In this document: positions 28,903 to 41,086 of the stretch, in pieces
How positions within the stretch are numbered: position 1 is the first letter of the stretch
How the letters are laid out: every line of letters starts with the position of its first letter
Source of the DNA: the human T2T-CHM13v2.0 reference genome, Homo sapiens
Length of the DNA: 64,000 nt
Strand: one strand, 5' to 3'
NCBI RefSeq assembly: GCF_009914755.1
Contig: NC_060929.1
Translations under genes and position numbers: made by a program
Notes under the pieces: model-generated
Database searches by the model: none
What the model was told of the DNA's origin: nothing
The model's input: only the letters and a program-made list of their open reading frames with translations

Positions 28903-29632
28903 ATACATTTTTTAAAGGGGGTTACACAATTACGGGAAGCCATTCATGAAAATACTAGATGGATGGAAATAAGCTGAGAGGTATCATGTTTATTTTTACC
29001 ACAGTTATGAAGTCTAGTCAGTAAACAATGAATACAGCATGTAATGCCATAGTCAGCTCTAACACTCCTAAACAACGTCTTAACTTAAAGAGACTTTTAA
29101 GAACAGTAAGTACCACAGAAAATAGAGCTGTAGAGAATATGACTCATACCAAAATGAAAATACACACAAATGGCTTCAAATCCTGAACTTCAGTAGAATT
29201 TGACCTTGCCAATATTTAGAAAAGCCATAGATCCTGTCTAACTCCTCTATTCTGTAATAATGCCTTGTAAAAACAAACAAACAAACAAACAGAAAAACAG
29301 CCCCGTGAACTGAACAAGAAGCAATTTGTCGCTAGTTAACCAAGTTGTAAGCCAGGACATTGACTGGCTGCACCTGTATGTTCTCAAGAACCGCAACGTG
29401 AAGTCTTCATTCACGGACAAGCAGCTCTGGGAAGGAATTTAGGAGGTAGGCAATAGGAACTCCACACTAATCTCTGAAGAGCCAAGGCCTGGGGGAAAGC
29501 AAAAGGATGAAACCAAGGCAAGCCTGGAGACTCCCAAAACTTTGAAGTAAAAATCTCTTCCCTCCTAGATAAGGTAGTAATTTTTTCTTAAAATATAAAA
29601 GGATTATATACATTGTGAATCTGCCATTCTGA

Positions 29633-29988
<356 letters not shown>

Positions 29989-30436
29989 CAACAGCTTCAT
30001 TTCTTTAGTTAACAACATAGATACATCCACAGTACCTATGATACATTTCTAAGTGATCCATTTGGTTTAAAGTAACAGACTGATGGACTCTCAGGGAACA
30101 TCAGGAAATTTTGTGTTCCCAAGACACAGAAATATGTGGGTTTTGTACAATGCTGGGAAAAGTCTAGGCCTTTACCACGTCCTGCTTGGATTCCTGCAGC
30201 CACCTCCTAATTGCTCTCTCTGATAATAGTTGTACCCCCAATTCTGGATATTTCTGCCCAATTTATTTGTCTAAAATGTTTATTCAGAGTCATGTTTCTT
30301 TTCAGAAACCTTAGTTGTTTATCTTGCCAAAGAATTTTCAAACTCCATAGTTTAGTGTTCTTTCTAGAAATGTGCCAGTATCTCCTTTTCAACCATGGCT
30401 CTCATTAGCCCCTTAACACAAACCTTTCTGTCCTGT

Positions 30437-31214
30437 TGTTAGTCAGGGTCTTTGTTCTTAGAGCACCCAAGATGGTGGCGGGCCGCTCCAAAGATGGTGG
30501 TGGCCGTTCCCAAGATGGCAGCAAGCTTTTTGTTCTCTGACCTGGGGTTCTTGGCCTCACGGATTCCAAGGAATGGAACCTTGGGCCATGCGGTGAGTGT
30601 TATAGCTCTATTAGAAGCCGTGGGTCAAGGAAGAGAACCTTGGAACCCAGCAACTAGTGTTCAGCTCAATTAGGACAAACCCAGGCACTTAGCCACGCAG
30701 GAACAATGGTGAGCATCTAACCCAAACGGGAGTGGCAATGGGTGCCTCACTGGATCAGAAACGCAGCAGACACCCTGCTGGATCCAGAGGGGTGGAAAGC
30801 GGGTCTGTGATGACGGCGTTCAGCAGTGGTGGACGGCCAGTGAAAGGTCAGCTCGAGCCAAAACAAACAAGGACCAGAAGATTATGCAGTTGCAGGATTT
30901 AATAGAGTGAAAACAGAGCTCCCATACAATGGGAGGGGACCCAAAGGAGGTTGCCCACTCCTGGCTCGAATGCCTGGGGTTTATATCCCAATCATTGTCC
31001 CTCCCCCTGTGCTCTCAGATGATAGATGATTTGACTATTTCTTTACCTCCTGCTTTTAGCCTAACTGATATTTTAGTGAGCCCTATTTACCACCTGATTG
31101 GTCAAGTGTGAGCTGAGTTACGAGCCCCATGTTCAAAGGTGGGTGCAGTCACCTTCCCCAGCTAGGCTTAAGAATTCTAGTCGGCCTAGGAACTCCAGCT
31201 AGTCCTGTCTCTCA
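30437..31214 (-). mobile_element. Complete solo LTR17 (HERV-W LTR)
   Basis: Minus strand runs TGAGAGACAGGACTAGCTGGA...CTAACA, 778 bp; exact 4-bp TSD CTGT (30433-30436, 31215-31218). Confidence 0.95.
30898..31101 (-). promoter_or_regulatory. LTR17 core promoter and polyA signal
   Basis: On the minus strand: CCAAT at 31097-31101, GATATAAA (TATA) at 30980-30987, ATTAAA at 30898-30903. Activity unknown. Confidence 0.6.
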
Positions 31215-32140
31215 CTGTCAAGCTAATCAGTTGGGTTAATCAAGTCCTATCTATCAAGTTCACATTCATTAATATTGCCTCCACATCTCAACTGGTGGTG
31301 TCTACCTCCTCCTTTCCCTGTTACTATTACTTCTGCCCCCTTACCCCACCCCTGTAACAGTGCTTTCTCCTCTTCTTCTACCAAAATATTCTTCCAGCAT
31401 CCTCTATATAGGCCTCATTCCAGACCCACAGGAAGAATTCCTCTGATTTCCTTACTAAAATTTTACTGCTCCAGACATACACTATCTTGTAACTTAAGTT
31501 TTCATTTGTGTATAGATCTTCATTCCTATCATAGTAACAAACTTCTCTAGGACAAGGATGAAATTTTATACTTTTATATAGCCTCCATAACTCCAAACAC
31601 AATACACAAATCTGAGAGGAAACACACACACACACGTTAAAAGCTTTAAAAATTACTAGATTTGCATTCCAAGACTGATACAAGATATCATCTAGCATTA
31701 AAAAAACTCACAGTGTTAAGCACTTTCACATGCATTTTCTCATTGAGCAAAGTATTAATATCTTGAAATAGTGTCAAGAAACTCAAGAAATTCTCACAGT
31801 TTCCACAGGAGAAGATAATAGAAAGGGGAGTGGAATTGGAATGTGGAACACCTTTTAATGACTCAGTAATCCTTACTTATTCAAGAAGGATTAATCTTCT
31901 GAGATAGTACCATGGTATATCCTCTGTAACTTAAGGCCAACTTACTGCATTTTTTTCATTATTTTTATTGTGGCAAAATATATATAACATAAAAAAATTC
32001 TCATATTTTATTACTTTGTAACTCAGACTTTGCTAGTTTTTCTTCATTATATATTTCTTTTTCAACTTTTTTAAAAGATTATTTCTTCGGACTTTTGTAC
32101 TTACCTATAGGGAACATAACTTGAAAAAAAAAAAACTTGG

Positions 32141-32583
<443 letters not shown>

Positions 32584-34620
32584 CTACAAATTCTACTTAT
32601 TTTTATTATTGCTGCAGTTATCATGGGATATTCTTAAATGGTAAACTTTCCCCATAATAAAATGCATTTGGCATCTGAGCAATTAAACCATCTTATGCCA
32701 AGTCCTCTTTTTTTAAATATTGAAGGTCTTATGCTTTCCTACGATTTGTTTTGTCTACCATGACATCTCAAATTGTTGTTACAGAGAAATAAAAGGTCAT
32801 GATAACCTGAGCCTGTGATGAACTTGCTTTTGCATGTCCTTTCAATGTAATATTTCCTTTCAGTCATCAGTTTAAAGGTAGAATCACTCAGGGTTCTCAA
32901 AGGGCAAAAGATAACTTGCAATCCTCAGAACCCTGGAGATGGGCAGGCAAGCTGTCCTCCCCACAAAGGTTATTTGTAAGAGGACTTCTGAGAAGGGAGT
33001 TGAAAGGAAGAAGGAGAGGTAGAGAAGAGAAGAAAACACAGAATTCATACTATGTAGTTTCCATATAAACTACTCCATGAACAAAAGTAATATACCTGAA
33101 AGCTAAACAAAGTCAGTAAAAACTCTGTTAAAATAATTGGCATTGAGAAAGATAAATAAGCTCCTGCCTATTGATCTGAATCCTTTATGCCCTTCAGTTC
33201 TTATTTGACACTACACGATGGTATTTCTCTTCATGACCCCAATGTCTTGATCTGAAAACCAAACCAGTCATTTCTCACTGAGGGGGGAGAATAGTTTTGT
33301 TAACGTCTGTTTTTTTAGCTCTTTTATTTTTAAGTTGTTACTGAAATCGCCTTGATCTGCCTACCAGGGAACTGGAGCACATTCCATGAGCTTGCCGCCT
33401 AAATCTCTTTTCTCTTTATTTGTTCTACAGAATATTGATTTAGATTTCGGCCTATTCGCATTGCTTTAAACTTTTAAACACTGTCTCTAATAGCTAGAGG
33501 AAACACTTTGCTGAAGCTAAAATGATCACCCAAGAGAACTTATTGGGAAAATACATCGACCAAAATTAGCCCTTGGCTCTCAACGTACAGCTCCCATTGA
33601 AAGCAGTGGAAGCCGAACTCTTAGGATTTGAAGACACGTTTTCTTTGCATTGAATATAAAGGCTTTTTGAAAGGATTGTGCTTATTTGAGTTTCTGTTAA
33701 AGAAGCTGAATTAGCTCTTTGTCATATTATTAAAAGAGAGGCAGCATTGATTCTCCAATTTGTCTCCTAAGGGGTCTTTTCATATCTAACAAAATTGCAC
33801 AGACATCCTTTTTTTTTGTTTCTGTACACTGATTGTTTAATACTATAAAGGACCAGGCATCATACCAAGAGCTTTCAGTCTTCAATAGTTCCTAGAACAT
33901 TTTACTATAACATTTTCTAATCCTTTACAACCAAAATAACAATAAAAACAGAGCAATGTTTAGAATCAACATGGGAGAAGGGAAAAATGGTACCAGGAAA
34001 CTAGCAGTGTAACTCTCTGATGTGAGATAACATCATAAGTTCCTGCCGCACCAAATTACTGCTGCCATAAATTCCTCTCAGGCTTCAGAACACTCTTTTA
34101 TTACACTGTGGATAGTGCCATTGAGAAAGATCAGATTTCCAAAGGCCTCACCATGTAGCTGATGTCTTGAACTGCTGAAATGCTCAGGATGCATTAACTG
34201 GCACAAACTGACTCTAAGAGTCTGTGGCACCATCTGCTCTGAAAGATGCAAGTTATATAAATGTGTTGACCATAGGAAACCTCTGCACTAGCAAATGTGA
34301 GTCCCCTGCAGCAGGACTCAGCAACAGAGCACTTTTCAGGGTTCATCTCCATGTTAACACAGTTTAAGCAGGTTGTTAGTTTACTCAGGAGAGTCTTGCC
34401 CTGTTTTCCACATCTGACAACAAATAAAAAGGCATGATATAGTCTTTGAGATAAGGAAGGGCAAGGGCCATGTCTCACTTGTTTTTACATATCTTGCTCC
34501 TAACATCATTCCCACACAGAAGCAATTAATTAATATTTATTTACTTTGAATAAGTTAGGAGTGAGAGACGCCAGATGACACAAGATGTGCCTTATAGACT
34601 TGTAAAAGACTAATCCTTGA

Positions 34621-37600
34621 AGGGGCAGAGCAAGATGGTGGAATAGAAGGCTCTACAAATCAGTCTCCCCACAAGGACGCCAATTTAACAACTATCTAAA
34701 CAAAAAAAAAGCACCTTCAATAAGAATCAAAAATCAGGTAAGCACTCACCATACCTGGTTTTAAATTCATATCACTGAAAGAGGCACTAAAGAGGTAGGA
34801 GAAACAGTCCTTCCACCCTTTTCTCATGCCCTGGCAGCAGCAACATGGTGCAGAGAGCAATTCTGTGTGCTGGGGAGAGGGAGAGTGCAGCAATTGTGAG
34901 GCACTGAACTCAGTGCTGCCTTGTTATAGCAGAAAGTAAAACTGGACCAATCTCAGCTGATGCCTGCCCATGGAGAGAGCACTTAAACCAGCCCTAGCCA
35001 GAGGGGAATTGCCAACCCCAGTGGTTGGAACTTGAGTTCCTGCAAGCCTCGCCACTACAAGCGAAAGTGCTTCTGGGCCTCAAAAAAATTGGAAGGGAAG
35101 TATAGGCCACAAGGACTATAACTCCTAGGCAAGACCTAGTGCTGAAATGCACCCAGAGCCAGTGGACTGAGGGAGCATGCAACCTACTGACACAACAGCT
35201 TAGGGCAGCTAACGGAGTGCTGATATCACTCCTCCCCTAAGCTCGGGCTGCATAGCTCACAGCTCCAAAAGAGACTCCTTGAGGATAAGAGAGGGAAGAG
35301 TAAGGAGAACTTTGTCTTGCATCTTGAATACCGGCTCTGCCACAGCAGAGTAGGGTACTGGTCAGAGACGTGAGGCCCCCTTTCCAGGCCCTAGTTCCTA
35401 GAGGACATTTCTAGACACACCCTGGCCCAGAAAAAAAACCTGCCACCTTAAAGGGAAGGGCCCAGACCTGACAGAATTCATCACCTGCTAACTGAAAGCC
35501 CCTGGGCCCTAAATAGCCAGCAGCAATTCCCAGGTACAACGTTCAGGGTCTGAACGTTGAGTGAGCCTGAGACTTGCTGGCTTCAGGTAAGACTAAGCAC
35601 ATTCCCACCTGTGGTGGCTATAGGTCAAGAATTCTTCTGCTTGAGAAAAGTGGAGGGAAAAGTAAAGGAGACTTTGTGTTGCACTTTAGGTACCTGGTCA
35701 GCCCCAGGCAGTAGAGCACCAAGCAGACTTTTGGGGTCTGGATTCCAAGACTTAGCTCTTGGATGGCAATTCTGGACCTGTCCTGGACCAAAAGAGAGCC
35801 TACTGCCCTAAAACATGAGTCCCAGGCAGGCAGCATTCACCACAAGCTGAATGAAGAGCCTGTGAACCTTAAGGGAACATTGGCAGTAGTCTGGCAGTAT
35901 TCCCCATGGGCTTATAGTGGCAGTGGCCATGGGGTGGGGCTCTTTGCCTTTGCCTTTGGAAAGGGGAGAGAAAAGTGGAAAGGACTGCATCTTGTGGTTT
36001 GGGTGCCAGCCTATCCGCAGTACATTCTTAGAACATTAGATTGATTTCTATGGTTTTTTTACTCTAGGCCTTGAATCCCAGACAGCACCTCTAAACTCAA
36101 TCATTGCCTGTGGGAACTCACCTCCCTGAAGGGAATGACACACACCTGGCTGGCTTTGCTGCCTGCTGATTGTAGAGACCCAGGGCCTTCAGCAAACTTA
36201 GGCAGTAGCCAGGGAGTGGTGACAGCAGGCCTTGGGTGAGACCCAGTGCTGTGCTAGCTTCAGGTCTGACCCAGTCCAGTCATAGAGGCGGTGGCCACAG
36301 AGGGGCTCATGTCACTCCACCCCCAGCTCTAGGTGGCTCAGAACAGAGAGACAGAGATTCTGTTTAGAAGGACATAAGGGAGGAGAACCCAAGCCTCCTC
36401 CTGGTAATCCAGAGAATTCTTCCAGATCTTGTCCAAGATCATCAAGGCAATACCTCTATGAGTGTGCAAGAGTCACAGTGTTACTGGGTTTGGGGTGTCC
36501 CCTAAAGCAGATACAGCTTAGATGACAACACCCAAGTTCTTTTGAATATCTGGAAAGCCTTCCCAAGAGGGACCAATACAAACAAGTCCAGACCGAAAAG
36601 ACTACAATAAATATCTAATTCTTCAATGCCAAGACACAGACGAACATCTACAAGTATCAAGACCATCTTAGAAAATATGACCTCACTAAATGAACTCAAT
36701 AAGGCACCAGGGACCAATCCTGGAGAAACAGAGATATATTACCTTTCAGATAGAGAATTCAAAATAACTGTCTTAAGGAAACTCAAAGAAATTCAAGATA
36801 ACACAAAATGAATTCAAAATTCTATCAGGTGAATTTAACACAGAGATTGACATAATTGAAAAGAATCAAGCAGAAATCCTGTAACTTAAAAATGCAATTG
36901 ACATACTGAAGAACATTTCAGAGTGTTTTAATAGCAGAATTGATTAAGCAGAAGAGGGAATTACTGAGCTTGAAGACAGGCTATTTAAAAATACACAATC
37001 ACTATTTGAAAATTCACAATCAGAGGAGAAGAAAGAACAAAAAACAGTGAAGCACACCTACAGGATCTAGAAAATAGCCTAAAAAGGGCAAAATCTAAGA
37101 GTTATTGGCCTTAAAGAGGAGGTAGAGAAAGAGATAGGGGTAGAGAGTTTATTCAATGGGAAAATGACAGAGAACTTCCCAAACGTGAAGAAAGATATCA
37201 ATATCCAAATACAAGAAAGTTGTAGGACACCAAGCAGATTTAACCCAAAAAGACTACCTAAAGGCATTTAATAATCAAATTCCCAAAGTTCAAGGGTAAA
37301 GAAAGGATCCTAAAAGCAGCAAAAGAGAAAAAACAAATACAGTGGAGCTTCAGTAAGTCTGGCAGCAGACTTTTCAGTGGAAACCTGGCCAGGAGAGAGA
37401 GGCATGGCATTATTTAATGTTCTGAAAGAAAAAAACCTTTACCCTAGAATAATATACCCAGCAAAGATACCCTTCAAACATGAAGGAGAAATAAAAACTT
37501 TTCCAGACAAACAAAAGCTGAAGGATTTCATGAACACCAGACCTATGCTACAATAAATGCTAAAGGAAGTACTTCAGTAAGGGAGTGCTCATTGTTAATG

Positions 37601-39278
37601 AACAGTGTGAAATCATCTGAAGGTAGAAAACGCACTGCTAATAGTAAGTACACAGTAAGACATATAATATTATAACACTCTAACTGTGGTGTATAAAGCA
37701 TTCTTACCTTAAGTTGGAAGACTAAACAATGAACCAATAAAAAATAATAACCACCACAATTTTTCAAGACATAGTACAATAAGGTATAAACAGAAACAAC
37801 AGAAAGCTAAAAAGCGGGGAGACAAAGTTAAGTTGTAGAGTTCTCCTGTTTGTTTGTTTATAACAGTGTTAAATTGTTGTCAGCTTAAAATAATGGGTAA
37901 TAGGATAGTATTTGCAAGCCTCATGGTAGTTTCAAACCAAAAAACAAACATACAATAGATACATAAACAAATAAAGAGCAAGAAACTAAATCATATCACC
38001 AGTGAAAATCACCTTCACTAAAGGAAGACAGGAAGGAAAGAAAGAGGGAACAGAAGACCACAAAACAACCAGGAAACAAAGGATGAATGGCAGGAGTAAG
38101 TCCTTACTTATCAACAATAACATTGAATGTAAATGGACTAAACTCTCCATTCAAAAGACACAGAGTAGTTGAATGCATTAAAAAACAAGACACAATTATC
38201 ATTTGCCTATAAGAAACACACATTGTCTATAAAGAAACATGCAGTCTGAAAATAAAGGAATGGAAAAAGATATTCCAAGTCAATGGAAACCAAAAAAGAG
38301 CAGGAGTAGCTATACTTATATCAGACAAAATAGATTCAAGAGAAAAACAAAGAGACAAAGAAGGCCACTATATAATGATAAAGGGGTCAATTCAGCAAGA
38401 GGATACAACAATTTAAATATATATGTGCCCAACACTGGAGCACCCAGATATATAAAGCAAATATTATTAAAGTTAAAGAGAAAGATAGTCCCCAGTATAA
38501 TCATAGCTGGGGACTTCAACATCCCACTTTCAGCATTGGACAGATCTTCCAGACAGAAAATCAACAAAGAAACATCGGACTTAATTGTCACTGTAGACCA
38601 AATGGACCTAATAGATATTTACAGAACATTTCATCCAATTACTGCAGAATATACATTCTTTTCCTCAGCACATGAGTAATTCTCAAGGACAGACCACATG
38701 TTAGCTCACAAAATGAATCTTACAGCATTCAAAAAAATGAAATAACATCAGGAATTAAACTGGAAATCAGTAACAAGAGGAATTTTGGAAACTGTATAAA
38801 TACATGGAAATTAAACAACATACTTCTGAATGACCAGTGAGTCCATGAAGAAATTAAAAAGGAAGTTGAAAAATTTCTTGAAACAAATGATAATGTAAAC
38901 ACAACATACCAAAACCTATGAGATACAGCAAAAGCAGTACTAAGAGGAAAGTTTATACTTATAAATGCCTGCATCAAAAAAGAAGAAAAACTTCAACTAA
39001 ATAATCTAATCATGCATCTTAAAGAACTGGAAAAGCAAGAAAAAAACAAACACAAAATTAGTAGAAGAAAAGAAATAATAAAGATCGGAGAAGAAATCAA
39101 TGAAATTGAAATGAAGAAAACAATACAAAAGATCAATGAAACAAAAAGTCATTTTTTTGAAAAGTTAAACAAAGTTGACAAACCTTTAGCCAGACTAACA
39201 TAAAAAAGACTCAAATAAATAAAATCATAGATTAAAAAGGAGGTATTACAGCTGATACCACAGAAATTCAAAGGATCA
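34621..39278 (+). mobile_element. L1MA-type LINE-1 with 5'UTR, ORF1 and 5' part of ORF2; 3' half missing
   Basis: 5' end ggggcagagcaagatggtggaatagaagg; decayed ORF1 from ~36626; ORF2 from 38087 (MAGVSPYLSTITLNVNGLN, GDFN motif); stops abruptly at cagaaattcaaaggatca. Confidence 0.88.
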
Positions 39279-41055
39279 CATAGTAGGCACTCAAATTGTG
39301 AATTGCTGAATTGAATTACATAGAAATACTATTGTTCAACCAAATCTCAAGTTGCATATAATGAATTAGCCGCCATAGAGAAATCATGTGTTATTGAAAT
39401 TGGTGATAAATTACTTATTATCTGTAATGGGTTTCTGAAAAATACTTCTCTTTCCATTAATGATTTTATTTTCAGCATTTGCTGGTCAATAAAAATCTCA
39501 CATTACTGATGTAACTTCTCATCATAGGCAGAATTGAATATTCATGCCTAATTCAAATCACTGTTGTTCTGGCCTGTTGCTTTTTTTTCTCCTCAGATAG
39601 TTAAATCCTCATTTGTATAAAACATTTATTATACTTTGCCATTTATAAACTTTATTTCAGTCTGTTTTGTTATATTAACTAAATTTGGTAAGGAATTTTA
39701 TTAGATTTTTATGGAGGGTGGGGACATAAAAATTAGACACAATTAAAAATCTTATACTTGTTTTAACCATAAAGACATTTGCCATTCTTTCTACTTTTGC
39801 TATATGTTCCTAGTAACGTGTAGAATTCCTCTTGTACTTAAGTGTTCTAAAGTTTTAGCATCATACTGGTGAGGAGCCTTAATAAATCCAAAGCAAATTA
39901 GCCGGTGTGAGTACTCTCTACGCGTATGGATCTGACAGACTGCTAAGATGTCATAGTACAAAGAAGTGTACTTCTCTTCCTGATAAATAGACTTGCATTT
40001 TAATTTTTTATTAAATTATTTGATAATAAAGACAAACAATAGCACCCTAGCGTCTTTTGTAGAAGTAATTAAGTCTTTGCAATAAGTGATTTCGTGACAG
40101 CTCTCTGCTATTAATAAATTTTAGTGAGAGTAGAGAGAGATTGTTGAGGTTGGTCTGAAAATTATTGGATCCTTAGACTAGTGAAATGAATGAGTTGAGC
40201 TCTACTGTATGAAAAATACTTTCCATAATAATTTGTATGTTAAACAGTTTATAATGATTCTGGCCAGGAGCACAAGAAGCCACCATTAATTTATACTGAT
40301 AACCCAGAGCTAGCATGTTCCTTTATCAGGCAACTTCTGAAAACAAGCCCAAATTATTGTTGATGTTTAATATTAATTAGGTTCTCTCTTGCCCTGTGGC
40401 TTCCTCAAGTAACTCTCTGATAGTAAATCAACCATGAAATGGCTAAGTGTGGCCTGAAACGATGTGTGTGCTATCAAGGAGTAATGCAAAGGCAGAATTG
40501 GATTAACTGAGTCTCATAAACATCCTATAGAATATACTCTCTCCTTACCTTCTAGAAGATTACATTATGAAACCTGACATTCATCATTGACACTAGGTTT
40601 TTTTTTTTAGAAAAAACATCTCTTAGATGAATACTAATTGCATATTAACAACGTAACTCTCCTATTAAACCTTCATAGAAAAGCAAAATTGTACAATCCA
40701 TTGACAAAATAATTCCTTACCATTAACCAAGCAATAACCTTCATAAATTTCCCGAGCATATTCAGGCTCAAGTCATGCACTGTAATCCAACATAGTATCC
40801 ACTTTTGGTGTTCTATACCACATTCAGCTCTGTCCAGCCACACTCCCTTCTAAACAAGCACAGCAGATTTACAGCCACTACATCCTCTGATTTCCCCAGA
40901 ACCTCTTCCCCACTCCTTCCTGATAGGTCCCGTAGTCTCTGAATCCAATTTGCTTCCCACTGTCATTCTACTTTTATCTCCTTCTACTCTGCTTTAGACT
41001 AGTTGCCAATGTTTCATTGACTTTTAGAAAGTTTTGTTAATGGCCCATTAGGGTT

Positions 41056-41086
<31 letters not shown>

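Noticed and set aside
28579-28943. Glu/Arg/Gly- and Pro/Ser-rich ORFs
   Set aside because: Translations of the CCT/CTT low-complexity tract.
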